A DNA stretch of 64,000 bases from Eledone cirrhosa (lineage: Eukaryota), in assembly GCA_964016885.1 (NCBI GenBank), contig OZ024740.1, positions 309,318,001-309,382,000 of the forward strand. The letters run 5' to 3'. Made by a program: the position numbers and the translations under genes. The notes beneath the pieces were generated by a model. It was not told where the DNA came from. It did not search any database and worked only from the letters and a program-made list of their open reading frames with translations. Below are positions 1-13,419 of the stretch, in pieces. The stretch's first letter is position 1, and each line of letters starts with the position of its first letter.

Positions 1-730
1 GATCACCCTGCACTTTTTTATACAGCTGTCGTCTTTCATGCGCATCATGTGACCATACCAACGTAGTCTTCTCTCGAGTAAACAGCATCTGATCCCTCTA
101 ATTCCTAATTTCTTACTTAGTTCATTTATGCTTTGCCATTCACGTATATTACTATTACACATCCAACAGAGCATGCAAGCTTCGTTCCTCTCCAGTCTGC
201 GCAGATCCTCTGCACACAATGCCCAGGTCTCACTGCAATTGTAACATTGCTGTTTGTATGCAGGCATCATACAGTCTGTCTTTCATTTTTAGAGAGAAAC
301 CTTTAGTGGCCAATAGTGGTATAAGGTATAAGCTTTCTGAACTTTTTCCATCCCGTTCTGACTCTGGCTACTGTACTTTCAGCGCACCCTCCACCACTGC
401 TGATTTTGTCACCTAGGTAACGGAAGGTGTCCACTATTTCTATAGAACCATCTGGGAAATGGAAGGAGCTAGTATACTGTGGGCACTTGCTACTTATTGC
501 ACCTGAGCACTGGCCACATATAAAATCTACGTTCTTAGATAGCTTACCTGTGATCCCACTACATCTTTTATGCACCCATACTTTGCATTTGGGACATAAA
601 ATGGAGTTTCTGCCTACTCCTTTCCTACACGCTGAGCATGGCCATTTCGCACAAGGGACCAGTGCCCTATTTTCCTTCCTACATACTAGATTATTTAACA
701 TTAAGGCCTTTTGATTCTAGGCCATGCTTC
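1..730 (-). mobile_element. RTE-type LINE fragment (RT C-terminal part with PHD-like finger), frameshifted, continues off the left edge
   Basis: ORF 303..701: PCSACRKGVGRNSILCPKCKVWVHKRC...CGQC...IEIVDTFRYLGDKISSGGG...ARVRTGWKKF. Closely similar to 16108..16893. Confidence 0.9.
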
Positions 731-1222
731 CATGATGTGAATGCTAAAGGGTTAAAGAAATAACAGAATAAGTTTTGAACTCAGTGAAATATAGGATGAG
801 AAAGTCTGATTGTTGGCTTTTATGAACTAGTCCAAATACATAAGACACCTTTTTATAGGCATCAACTTAGCTATAGTATACATTCAAATTACCCATAAGG
901 GAACCTTTATTTATTATTCAAATTGCTAGAATTCACATACAAATCTTTTTCAACTAACATTACTATCTTTGAAAAAATAGAATGGCACATTGAATAATTT
1001 AGTCATAGATAGACTCTTCCTGAAAACAAAATGGAGTGGTCATAGCTGGAAAAATGTTGATCATAGGGTTGATCTGGGACTAAACAGTAGTTCATGTTGT
1101 TTGTTTTTCTCTATTTACATTATAAAACCATCTGGTTATTCATCGTTTCTATAGAATTACATTTATCTTGCTTGTTTTCCATAACTCTGTATAATATATA
1201 ATACATTTTTATCTTCTTACAG

Positions 1223-1464
1223 ATGGTGTCATCCTTGTGGAGCCAGATTACTTAAAGGATCGTAAAGTCTATGCTCACATCTTAGCTGCGTTTCGCTATG
1301 GCAGAGAGGATTTGGATGTCTTAGGACTTACATTCCGCAAAGACCTTTTCCTGTCTTCTGTACAGGTATATCCACCACCAAAAGACCAAGACCGACCTTT
1401 AACACGACTCCAAGGAAGACTCATCAAGAAGCTTGGTCCAAATGCTTACCCGTTTTATTTTGAA
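1223..1464 (+). CDS. ARRB: Beta-arrestin coding exon A (first exon in window; N-terminal exons lie upstream)
   Basis: ttacAG acceptor; (D)[41 protein letters not shown]...[20 protein letters not shown]; GTAAGT donor. Matches the arrestin N-domain and finger loop. 242 bp. Confidence 0.96.
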
Positions 1465-3490
1465 GTAAGTATTCAACCAAATAGTTTCACATTTATTTCA
1501 AACTGTATCATTTTTTTTACAACAACCACCAGATTTATTACTACTACTAAATTTATTAATATCTGATTAATTTTTTGTATATGTATAAATGCTATAAAAG
1601 ATATTCATTACAATTTGACATCATAGTACAACAAGAAGCATTTTAAGACTATTTCCCCTGCTAAAGCAGGGGTCAGCCATACAACCCCAAGATGAGTGCC
1701 TCTATTTTGCCCTATTATCAGCATCCTCCTTCCTCCAACATCTTTAGTCATATCTTTTTTGTCTTCTCTTTCTTCTGTCTCCTTCCACATTCATTTCCAT
1801 TACTTTTCTCACTCGGTAACTTTCATCCCTTTTCAGTACACGACTCAACCATCTCATTTCTTTTCACAACACTCATCACTGGTTCTATCCCCATCATCCT
1901 CTGCAATTCATTTTTTATCTTCCTCTCTCACAGTGCTATTCCATTCATCCACCAGACCATTCTCATTTCTAGTCTCTTCAGCCTTCTCTATTACTCCAGG
2001 TTCATCACCCGTGTCTTGTTCCTTATTACCACTCAAATGAGTTCCTGGAACTTCTTCCATGCACATCTCACTCTAGATATTGTTGCTGTGACAGATCCAC
2101 CTTTTTGACATCATTATAAACACTGTATTAATTATTTTATAGTATTCAAATTAATGCCTGATACTTTACCTTTCATACAATTTGCATTGAAATGAAATAA
2201 AAAAAACAAATATTGGGTTATAATAGATGAAGGGAATTTTTCTAGGTCATTTTTTTTTTACATTGGGTCCACTTCACATTCAGTTATATTTGTTTCAATC
2301 AAAGCTGCATCTTCATTATACATCAGAAGGGCATAGTTCTTGCATTAGATAGTATCTCAACACATGTTCTATAGTATGTACTGCTGTGACAGATTGTGTC
2401 ATTATCTCTTGCCAAGTCCAGTTCTCAGTTTTTTCATGTCAATATAGAGGTTATTAATGTTTCTTACTCTAAGACAGCTTATGGTCAAAAAGCTTTTTGT
2501 TGAAGATTTATTTTATTAATGCATATTACCTACTATGAGTATCTACTCACAGCACATGGTTGGTATGCATATATGTTTGCATGTATTAGTCAGCCTTGTT
2601 ATCCTAGATAATATTTATAATCATACAAGGCACAATAACAGTCTATTTGTTTGCTGAAATTAGTTAAATAACTCATCAACTCATTAGAGTTACTGCCCTC
2701 CTAGATATCTGACTTGTACATTCTATTTTTGGTATATCTTCCTAACACTTTACAGTGTATTAGGTGCATTTTATCATGACACCAGCACTAAGGAAATTAT
2801 CATGTACTTGGCAAGACTAAAATGTTCTCTATACTCTATGTTGTCTCCTTTCTTTCAAAACAAACATAAGTGGGAGTACAAATAGAAAAGAATTATGACT
2901 TAGCAGGTATTAGTGTGATTAAGAAAACAGAGTGATATGATGATTGAGGAATGTGTATTGCAAACGAGACAGTGATAGTTACATAATGGTTGTTGGTAAA
3001 GAGATTGGATAGAAAATAATATGAGAAGCATAATGTGATAGCAATAATAATTGTTTCTACTTTTGGCACAAGGCCAGCAATTACCCAGTGCATTACTGGT
3101 ACTTTATTTTATCGACCCCGTAAGGATGAAAGGCAAAGTTAACCTCGGCGGGATTTGAACTCAAACTGTAAAGGGCTGTAGATTCATAGTAAGAGAGGAT
3201 GGCTTATAGATAGCAGTATTCATAATTCAATGATAAGTGAGAGTGGTAGATATCAATGGTGAGTCCCATAGGAGTGAGATAATGAGAATGATGGAAAGCA
3301 GTAAAGACAGGTGATAATTAGAAGTACTGAATATAGACAGATCTGATGTCATCCTTCATTACTCAGGTGTCATGATACAAGATAGTTGGAGCAGTTGTAG
3401 GATGATGGTATAAATAGAGATAAATAAAATGCCATCCCCCATTTCACAGGCAACATGGTTTTGTACTACACAGGTATTGACTCAGATACC

Positions 3491-3640
3491 CTTCTCTCTC
3501 TCTCTCTCTCTCTCTTTCACTCTCTTCTCTCTCTCTCTCTCTTTCACTCTCTTCTCTTTCACTCTCTTCTCTTTCACTCTCTTCTCTCTTTCTCTCTCTC
3601 TCTCTTCTCTCTTTTCTGTCTTCTTGTTCTCTCTCTCTCC
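3491..3640. repeat. (CT)n-rich polypyrimidine microsatellite
   Basis: Direct reading of the sequence. Confidence 0.9.
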
Positions 3641-3705
3641 AAATTCCTTTACCTTTCCTATGAGATGGTCAGATTTTAGAGTCTTTGACAAATGTATTTT
3701 CTTAA

Positions 3706-4586
3706 CCCTTTAGCATTTACATTACTCTATATTTACTATTGTATTTTCACAGTAAAGGCTTTACCTCACATAGCATTTACATTACTCTATATTTACTATT
3801 GTATTTTCATGGTAAAGGCTTTACCTCACATAGCATTTACATTACTCTATATTTACTATTGTATTTTCACAGTAAAGGCTTTACCTCACATAGCATTTAC
3901 ATTACTCTATATTTACTATTGTATTTTCATGGTAAAGGCTTTACCTCACATAGCATTTACATTACTCTATATTTACTATTGTATTTTCATGGTAAAGGCT
4001 TTACCTCACATAGCATTTACATTACTCTATATTTACTATTGTATTTTCACAGTAAAGGCTTTACCTCACATAGCATTTACATTACTCTATATTTACTATT
4101 GTATTTTCATGGTAAAGGCTTTACCTCACATAGCATTTACATTACTCTATATTTACTATTGTATTTTCACAGTAAAGGCTTTACCTCACATAGCATTTAC
4201 ATTACTCTATATTTACTATTGTATTTTCACAGTAAAGGCTTTACCTCACATAACATTTACATTACTCTATATTTACTATTGTATTTTCACAGTAAAGGCT
4301 TTACCTCACATAGCATTTACATTACTCTATATTTACTATTGTATTTTCACAGTAAAGGCTTTACCTCACATAACATTTACATTACTCTATATTTACTATT
4401 GCATTTTCATGGTAAACACTTTACCTCTCATTATTATCTCACATAATATCAAATCTACAAGAGTTTGATGTCATTTATTTTGAGAACAATACCTTAACAT
4501 AAGTATAAGCAACCAGTTACAGCCAGTTTGAACAGAAAGAGGTAAGAGAATTCTGGCCGGATATGAACGGTTTAAATGCTAAAGGA
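3706..4586. mobile_element. piggyBac-like MITE (TTAA-flanked) expanded by an internal 60-bp tandem array
   Basis: TTAA|CCCTTTAGCATTTA ... TAAATGCTAAAGGA|TTAA. The body is the reverse complement of the 217-bp copy at 6564..6780. Confidence 0.8.
3711..4430. repeat. Minisatellite, 12 copies of a 60-bp unit
   Basis: Unit TAGCATTTACATTACTCTATATTTACTATTGTATTTTCA(CA/TG)GTAAAGGCTTTACCTCACA repeats at an exact 60-bp period. Confidence 0.97.
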
Positions 4587-4691
4587 TTAAACTAATAACA
4601 TTTAACAGTGTTCATTTGTTTGTTAAAGGTGTGGCAGAGTTTATATATATATAGTTTAATGGATTGTAACTTTATATTACTATTAGTAAAT

Positions 4692-5636
4692 ATAGCAGTA
4701 AAGCCCGGCGCTGCTCGGGGTCGCTCAGTAGCTGTGTTAAAGTTACAATGTTAAGTTTCTTTCTTGGCTTAAAAACTGTAGTGTCTACTGTGCAGACTTG
4801 CATGTGGTGTTTTTGATTAATATTCCCTCAACCAACAATATGCCTTATGAAGTTAAGAAAACATAACGATAACCCGAATGTTATAACAAAAGAGGATGCT
4901 GGGGATAGAAACTGCACTGGTTATTTATTAACAAAGATCGAAAATGTAAACACTGCAACGCAGAGAAAAACATTGGCGTAACCAAGTTATCAGTTATGTC
5001 TGTCTGCACGCCTATATCACCTCTCTGCACGACTGTCTGTCTGCACGCCTATATCACCTCTCTGCACGACTGTCTGTCTGCACGCCTATATCACCTCTCT
5101 GCACGACTGTCTGTCTGCACGCCTATATCACCTCTCTGCACGACTGTCTGTCTGCACGCGTATATCACCTCTCTGCACGACTGTCTGTCTGCACGACTGT
5201 CTGTCTGCACGACTGTCTGTCTGCACGCCTAACGACGAAATATTTGCTTGTTTTACGTAGTCTTTAAATAGACTTGTTTTCAAGTAAAAATATTGTTTTA
5301 AAATGCTTTTAAATGGAAATGAAGCAAAACGGAAGCTTAGTGTTCGAACTGATGAATTTTGCAGGTCAATATTTTGCTGGCTCGACAACTGTTAATGTCA
5401 TTTTAAACGCTGAGAAAGCCAGCGTAATTTTTTACGTAAGACGCTCAATGTAAACAGAACAAAGGGAAATAACTGATCACTTACGCTCAAAAATCGATAC
5501 ATTATATTCGATTTCGTCACATAGGGCTCAATGTACAAGTATAGCAATTTCGGTGCAATTCCGTGAGAGATTCTAAGAGGAGATGTGTGCCAAAAATCGA
5601 TAGACAGACAGACAACCACAGTTTTATATATATAGA
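4692..5636 (-). mobile_element. Non-autonomous Helitron-like element with internal tandem repeats
   Basis: On the minus strand it starts A|TCTATATATATAAAA followed by (TGTC)n. It ends with the GC hairpin CCCGAGCAGCGCCGGG then TTTACTGCTAT (CTAG-like end, one mismatch). Confidence 0.7.
4997..5231. repeat. Minisatellite: 5 copies of a 37-bp unit followed by 16-bp sub-units
   Basis: Unit TGTCTGTCTGCACGCCTATATCACCTCTCTGCACGAC at 4997, 5034, 5071, 5108 and 5145. Confidence 0.93.
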
Positions 5637-5740
5637 TTAGTTCACCAACTTGAGCACTTGATGCATAGGTCGGTCTATTTAAGTATAGTATGTAGTGTTG
5701 TACATTTGGTGTTATACTATGGTCAATTTAAGGAAGCCAA

Positions 5741-5828
5741 GGGTCTGGTGAATTATTGATTCCAGAGTTGGGTCCAATTGATACAGATCGCACCTTGAGC
5801 TGATCAATTGTGAAACATGTGTCACACC
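5741..5828 (+). ncRNA. Hammerhead-like motif with a large loop II insertion (core A6 mutated); sister copy at 17988..18062
   Basis: GGT-CTGGTGA-ATTATTGAT..ATCAATTGT-GAAA-CATGTG-TC-ACACC. Confidence 0.5.
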
Positions 5829-6046
5829 TGAATAAACTTAATGATGCTGCTTTGACACCTTGTTCCTACTTATTATTATTATTATTATTATATAGAGGGT
5901 CGATAAAATAAAATACCAATAATCACTGGGGTAATTGTTGGCCTTGTGCCAAGAGGTTGACTTTGCCTTTCATCCTTACGGGGTCGATAAAATAAAGTAC
6001 TAGTAATGCACTGGGTAATTGCTGGCCTTGTGCCTAAAGTAGAAAC

Positions 6047-6129
<83 letters not shown>

Positions 6130-6563
6130 AAGAGTCACATAACAAAAGAATAAATTGATGGCATCTCAGCTGAAGGATCATAGGTATTGATTTCTATAGC
6201 TTACTTTATGCAGTGTTGTATTCTGGGGAACCCCTAAACCTCTCTGATCAGTTACCCTGATACCACAGGACTCTGAAAACTTATGATCCACTGAGAGATA
6301 ACTTAGTGGAGGAGCATTGGACAAATAGGAAAGATGATTTTTATGGTTTCAAATAGCCAAGATTGAGTTCTCTCAGCTGGTAATAAATAATTGTATTTTC
6401 AGCAATACTTTCTTCTAGTTTGATTTTGAAAATAGTTACACATCCTAATAATAGTTTGTTCAGGTATTAGTTTTTGCTACTATTTGCATTTTTCAAACAA
6501 TGCAACCAAGGCTATTGAAGAGAAAAGTGAATGTTATATTCAGTTTTTATTTTGATTTGTTAA

Positions 6564-6780
6564 CCCTTTAGCATTTAAACCGGCCATACCTGGCCAGAAT
6601 TCTCTCACCTCTTTCTGTTCAAACTGGTTGTAACCAGTCTTTCATACTGATGTTAAGGTATTGTCTCAAAATAAATAACATCAAAATCTCATAGATTCGA
6701 TATTATGTGAGATATAATGTGAGAAAGCATTTACCATAAAAATACAATTGTATATATAGAGTAATGTATATGCTAAAGGG
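6564..6780. mobile_element. piggyBac-like MITE, 217 bp
   Basis: TTAA|CCCTTTAGCAT ... ATGCTAAAGGG|TTAA terminal inverted repeats. Related ends occur near 741-757, 22792 and 31391. Confidence 0.8.
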
Positions 6781-6934
6781 TTAATGTTACAATGAAAGCA
6801 ACAAATTGACATAGTCGTTTGAATAGAATTGGATAGAATGCTTTGCAGTATTCTTTCCAGTTCCCTATGCTCTCTGAGGTTACATCCTGCCAGGATCAGT
6901 TTTGCTTCTCATCCTTTTGAGGTTAAGAATAATG

Positions 6935-7150
6935 ATTTCTCGTATAGGCACAAAGCCAGTAATTTGTGGGGAGGGGAAAGACGATTAAATCGACCCCAGT
7001 ATGTTACTGGTGCTTTATTTTATCGACCCCGTAAGGATGAAAGGCAAAGTTAATCTCGGCAGGATTTGAACTAAGACCGTAAAGGGCCGTAACTCTATGT
7101 TGGAAAGCATGGTGTCCGACACTCTACCGATACTGCCAATCCACAGCCCT
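6935..7150 (-). mobile_element. tRNA-derived SINE family B copy (other copies near 3050, 5890, 6815, 28035, 28285, 30430, 35215, 38125, 39010)
   Basis: Head GGATTGGCAGTATCGGTAGAG; B-box-like GAGTTCAAATCC; core GCCTTTCATCCTTACGGGGTCGATAAAATAAAGTACCAG; (ATT)n tail. Confidence 0.8.
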
Positions 7151-7395
7151 TTTTGAGGGTAAGAATAATAAGTACCTGTCCAGTACTGGGGTTGATTCTT
7201 TCTCTATACCTCTTTCTCACTTTCTCACTCTTTTCCCTTTTCTAGAAAAAATAGGCTATGTTCAGACCTGGAAGAGATGGGCTCCATAAGACATAGAGTG
7301 ATCATGGCACACCATATGTTATGACAGCACCCCTACAACTCCATCAGGAGTTACAGTATTACAATATATTTAATAAATTTTCTATCTATCTTCAG

Positions 7396-7455
7396 CTGCC
7401 TCCTAATGCTCCTGCTTCTGTTACTTTGCAACCTGCACCTGGAGATACTGGAAAA
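7396..7455 (+). CDS. ARRB: Beta-arrestin coding exon B
   Basis: ttcAG acceptor; LPPNAPASVTLQPAPGDTGK; GTAAGT donor. 60 bp, phase 0/0. Confidence 0.96.
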
Positions 7456-8877
7456 GTAAGTTCATTAAGTTTACTTTTTTTTAAATTTTATTTTACTATA
7501 AATTTTACTTCAGAGAAACCAAATCCAATTCAACTTGCTACTATTATTTTTTTGACAAAGCACCAAAATAGATTTTGATGTAAATAAAACTTGTTTGTTC
7601 TACAAACTCAGTGTCAGATTTAGATGAGGTAGGACCCTAAGCTATATAAAACTTTGCAGACCTTTGGTAAAAAAAAATTACACCAGAATGTAATGACAGA
7701 TTGAGTGAGAGGAGGCATTGACTGGCCAGGGTCCACATAATATTTAAAGGGGCTACCATAAGTAATATGCCAGGGCCCCAATGAAATTTTCAGTCAGGAA
7801 CCCCACGCAAGCTTTAGCCCCGCCCACATACCTTGCCAGAATTATTATCATCATCATCACTGTTTAACGTTTATTTTTCATGCTTGCATGAGTTAGGCAG
7901 CTGTTATGTGTTGGGGGCCAGGTCAATTAGGTGACTAGGTCCTGTTACTATGATTTGTTTTGGCTTGATTTCGATGGCTGGATGCCCTTCCTAACACCAC
8001 CCAGTTTGCAGCGTGTACTGGGAACATTTTATCATGACTCTAGCACTACCACCTTACAGGGTGGACTGGGTACTTTTCCTCATGGTATCAATGCTATCAC
8101 TTACAGAGTGGACTGAGTGCTTTTATTGTGGTACCAGCACTAAGGGGTTCAGTGTCCCTGGTTTCACAAAAATTGAAAACGTATATGCCTTTTAATTATC
8201 CTGCAGATAGTAAAGTCCTTAGTTGTAGCATGTTTAGATTACACCTAAACAGAGTAGAGATGAGGGAATTCAATTATCATCATTTTAATGTGTACTTTTC
8301 CATACTGGCAAGGGTTAGACAGGATGTTTCACGTCTATCTTTTACGGCCAGATTCCTTTCTTGATCCCAACCCTTTTAGCTGCCTATTACAATATGCAGG
8401 AATATGGTGTGTCTAAAAAACGGGATACACAAGGCATCAAATCTTGTGGCTCATATAATGATTGATTTTTAACTAAGATCTTTATTGAGGCATTGTTTTA
8501 TGAACAGGCTGTTTTGTTGATCAAACACCTGGACCACTCTACCATAGACTCGAACTGACCAATGCCTCCTCCCCCTTCTCTTCCTCTCCTGGGTATGTGG
8601 TTAGAATGTCTCAGGAAAGAATTGCTGGACAGATTTGATGGGCAAAACCAACTGGAAGGAGACCCAGGGGTTTAGACACAGTAAGATGGTTGGATAACGT
8701 CCATGAGCTTGGCTGGTCTTGCTTGGAGATCCTGCTGGATCAATTGGAGATGGTTGCTTCTGACATAACCTGCTGGAATGAGTGGGTGAAGAATTTTTGT
8801 ATGTATGTGATTCTTTTTGTAGACTTAATTCTATTAGTTGGAAGCTTTTTATTTTCTATTTGTTTGTTTGTTCACAG

Positions 8878-8945
8878 CCCTGTGGAGTGGATTATGAACT
8901 AAAGACTTATGTAGCTGACCATGTGGATGAAAAACCACATAAACG
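8878..8945 (+). CDS. ARRB: Beta-arrestin coding exon C
   Basis: cacAG acceptor; PCGVDYELKTYVADHVDEKPHK(R); GTAAGT donor. 68 bp, phase 0/2. Not present in the ORF track. Confidence 0.96.
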
Positions 8946-11900
8946 GTAAGTACCATTTGTCCAAGAGTCCCATATGTATTAAGAGCAAGCCAGCTTGATG
9001 GAGCCTGTCCCCCTCTTAGCTATATCTACAATAAATAGTGAAATAAATGATAATACACTTAATGTGATGTGCATGACAGCATTGCAATCTGATAAAACAT
9101 ATGCTATATTTTACAGTACTACTCCTACTTAACAATGGTGAGTTGTTCTTACTCTGTAGTATATATTTACTGTTAGTTGGATTTCAATATTTTCACGCTG
9201 AACACAAAATATTACTAATAACATGACATGAACTGTTTACTCTCACCTGGTTTTCCATTAAACTATTGACTACTATCAGACCGATATAACTATGGTTAAC
9301 ATTAAACAGTCAGCTATCTAATACTCTTACTTTAGATCTAGTTGAATTAATATTAGGTTCCTTTTAGAAGATTTTGTTTGGCAAGTGACTTGATCTAAGT
9401 CAATATGTTGAAAATGAAATATCATCATCACCGTTTTACGTCAATTTTTCCATGATAGCATTGATTAGACGAGTTATCCTGTTGTGGACAATGCTTGGTC
9501 AGATGACCATGTCTTGCACATACAGAACTGATTTTGATTTGGTTTCTACAGCTGGATGCCCTTCCTAACACCAACCTCATTTAAAGGGAGTACTGGGTGC
9601 TTTTTGTCATGACACCTACACAACCACTTTACAGTGTGGGCTGGGTGCTTTTTTCATGACACCTTCACAACCACTTTACAGTGTGGGCTGGGTGCTTTTA
9701 TTATATAATTTTTCCTTACACAAACCAACAAGTCCTAAACACATCTCAAAAAATAGAATTACACAATAAAATTAAAATTGGAATCAATGGATGTCTGGAA
9801 GAACTGTAGTTTCAGTCTTTGTAGTCTTTCTCATTAAACTATTTGTAATGTAGAAAAAAAATGTAGAAAAATATGAGAGAGTTGTTAAAATAGCCTTGTT
9901 TCACACCCCTCTCTTTCTGTCTTCACCTTTCTTGTTTCAAATATACACTAGTATATCTTTTCTTACATGTGTGTGTGTGTATGTGTGCACATGCTCATGT
10001 GGATCTGTATGTGTATTGTTTTTAGTTCTAAAAATGACATTAAAATGAAAGCTGGTGTACTCAGTATTAGCAAAAGTTATAACAGAATGTGGAAAACCTT
10101 CCAATTAACTGTACCATATTCACTTATATCACTCCTACTCCATTGAACCCAGTGGTTCCTAAATATCTTTAACTGTTTTTCTTTTCCTTATCATTAATTT
10201 TATGCCTGTTGCCATCTCAAGTCATATACACATATGAAAATGGCATCTATGGGCTTGGCTGGTCTCACTTGGGGATCCAGCTTGATCAGTTGGAGATGGT
10301 TGCTTCTGACAGGATTTGCTGGAAGGAGTGTTTGAGGACTCTACCCCTATGACCCCCTTGGGAATAAGTGGACGAAGAAGAAGAATAGTAATAATATATG
10401 TTACATGTATTTTTTTGTTTTTGTTTTTTACATCATTGGTTGGTTAGATTTACAATACATCATCCTTGTATGCTTAAACATATTCCATTGTTGTTTAATT
10501 TTTATATGTATGTGATTCTTTTTTGTAGACTTAATTCTATACACATATGAAAATGACATACAATCTACTCTTTCCTTCAGCAAGTACCTTTACTAAATCT
10601 TCCTATGAGAATTTGACAATCCAGTCATGATTAACAACTCAAATATCTTTTTTTTTTAAATATAAGTATATCTGCCTACACCATTACCAAATTGATTGGC
10701 TATAGCTAGGGTGACCACAATATTTAAAGGGCCCTAAAATTAATTGTTTTGCTCCAAATACACATTGTAGAGTGCTTGGTGTTAAAAACAATATTCAACC
10801 ATAGAATCCATACTCCCAGTACATGGTGTAAAGTGGTTCATATTAGGAAGAACATCCAGCTATATAAACCATGCTCCTAGTACATGCTGTAAAATGGTTG
10901 GCATTAGGAAGGGCATTGTGCCTCGAAATAATCGTGTCCCACCCCTTCACTTATTAACCCCCCTGCTCATATTCCAGACCACCCCACTTATTCAATTTTG
11001 CTAATCTATCTCTGCCAAAATTTTATTTGAAGTGGTAATATTCCTGTAATAATTAATTTTCTTTAGAATTAAAAAACATACATGACAAAAAAGTGCATTA
11101 CAAGAAATTATAAATTAAATGGGATGGGTTATGTCTCAATATGTAAACTAAACGACTAATTCTGGTTTTTAAAAAAAATCAAGAGAGACAACCTAGAAAA
11201 ATTACCCACCCCGTTATTTCTGACCTGAGGGTAGCTGTAATTTAAGTGGCCATCCATGTCACACCCTCTGTCATGCTGAATTTCCCTCAGAACTACATTT
11301 TTGGTACACATGTCTGTGGAATTTCACAAGCAATGTTACTCTGTGGATTGAATTTAACTTGAATACTTGTCATTAGAACTTACGGAAATTCTTTCTGTAT
11401 ATGTTCTACCACTATCACCATGATTACTATTACTACTACTACCACCTCCATTACCACCATCTCCATCACCACCACTTCCAACACCAGAGCCTATAACTTG
11501 ACAGCTTCCACATATTTCCAAGAATCGCCTCATTTCATTTGCAGCTCTGCTTCTTATTTCTTGGATTATATTTCTTTCCCCAAACCCCACACCAGTCTCT
11601 TATCTATGGCACTCTCTTTCCTACAATACATAAACTTTCATTCTCTTTAAGCTGTACATGAATGTAAACCACACCAATCTCATTAATCTTAAATCTTTAT
11701 TCCCTTGTTTTTTAATGATAAATTTATAAAGAAAATTTGTACTCATAATAAATCACAATAAAATATGGTAAACATATTGTTTTCTCTGTCAGTATATTTG
11801 GCATTAATCTAGTAAATATTGAAACAGTAAATATAGATATATTTTCTCATGTCATTTCACTAAACATGAATACAAAAACAACATATGTTGCTATGCTGTG

Positions 11901-12133
11901 TGGTGAAGTAATGACTAATGTCTCATCTCTGGTGATCTCTATTAATCTCTACTTCATCATCATTGCTTTTGCTTTTATTTCCAATACAGATCATCCACAG
12001 CCTACCCACTCTGGTCCCTATTCTTAGTAATGAATATAAATGCCCTTTCTTATACTAGCCTGAAAGCCACTGGTTATTTTAACATACAGTTGATCCCTGC
12101 TTGTGTAGATCTAAATCTAATTTTGTGAAGCTT

Positions 12134-12495
12134 CTCCTCTTCTTCTTTGCCCACTTATTCCTGAGAGGGTTGTTGGGGAAGAGTCCTCAAACACTCCTTG
12201 CACCGGGTCCTGTCAGAAGCAACCATCTCCAACTGATCTGACTGGATCCCCAAGTACGACCAGCCAAGCTCATGGATGTTATCCAACTATTTTACTTGTG
12301 GTCTACCCCTGGGTCTCCTGCCAGTTGGTTTTGCCTATAAAATCTGTCCAGCGATTCTTTCTTGAGACATTCTAGCCACATGCCCATAATATCATAACTG
12401 TGATCTCTCAATTCGGAGAAGTAGTGGCTCTACCTGGAGTGACTCTCTGATCTCCAAGCTACGCACTATATCGAGAAACATTACTCCAAAGATTT
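12134..12495 (-). mobile_element. 3' fragment of a second RTE-type LINE family (other copies near 8590, 10250, 16925, 51420 on +)
   Basis: Family translates as GHVARMSQERIAGQIL.AKPTGRRPRGRPQ..WLDNIHELGWS.LGIQ.DQLEMVASDRTR, an RTE-like C-terminus. Ends in a (GAA)n tail. Confidence 0.75.
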
Positions 12496-12496
12496 G

Positions 12497-12736
12497 TGAA
12501 GCTCTAAATCTGATTTTGTGAAGCTCTAAATCTAATTCTATGTAGCTCTAAATCTAATTTTGTGTAGCTCTAAATTTGATTCTGTGTAGCTCTAAATATA
12601 ATTTTGTGTAGCACTAAATATAATTTTATGTGACTCTATATCTAATTTTGTGAAGCTCTAAATATAGTTTGTGAAGCTCTAAATATAGTTTGTGAAGCTC
12701 TAAATATAGTTTTGTGTAGTTCTAAATCTAATTTTA
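12497..12736. repeat. Degenerate minisatellite, about 11 copies of a 22-bp unit
   Basis: Unit GCTCTAAATCTAATTTTGTG(A/T)A. One further unit at about 12103-12133 lies on the other side of the LINE fragment. Confidence 0.85.
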
Positions 12737-13419
12737 GGCAGTAAGTTTACATTTTTTGTTATATACTACATGTGTTTACATGATAAATGATGGTTAAAAG
12801 TCTTAAAGCACTCATAAAATGTTAAGAATTGCTATCTGCCTTGAATATTTGTGTAGTTCTAAAACAATTTCCATGAAATACGTCTTGATGAAAGCTGGAA
12901 TGATGAAAAAAAAAAAACAGAAGTATTTTTCCATATTTTAACATTTATGATGAAAACAAAGCATATAAAAAAAAATGGATATTCTATTTTAAACTTAAAA
13001 AGTAAGAGTTAGAAAGTTGTGGTGCATCCAGTTGTTAAACACCTGTTTCAAGATAAAAAGTGTAGGTGATTGGAATCCATCCATTCTATATGTGTTAGTA
13101 AAAAAAATAAAATAAAAATAAATCAACGTGACACACCAGAATATAAATTGAATATTCTGATAACAATGGGAAATAGAACAGTGTAGTATAAACACTGTAA
13201 CAGTGTAGATATTTGATAATAAACAGAGGTATGTTTGTTATCTTTATGAAAATATCATCATCACCTTCCATTATTCATCTGAATATCAATTTATTGTAGC
13301 TAAGCAGAATTATATTATATCAACTTTTGAATATTATGGGATCTGTTTCTGTCTAGATGTTATTGCAAATGATATTAAAGATAGGTTTCAGTGAATGTAC
13401 ACTATATACATCTTATGGA

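Noticed and set aside
1465-1566. Extension of ORF 1237..1566 beyond PFYFE
   Set aside because: Intron read-through past the GTAAGT donor. Arrestin similarity resumes at 7396.
3692-4468. 258-aa and 235-aa repetitive ORFs; CRISPR-like regular periodicity
   Set aside because: Products of a 60-bp tandem repeat. There are no unique spacers and no cas genes, and the context is a eukaryotic intron.
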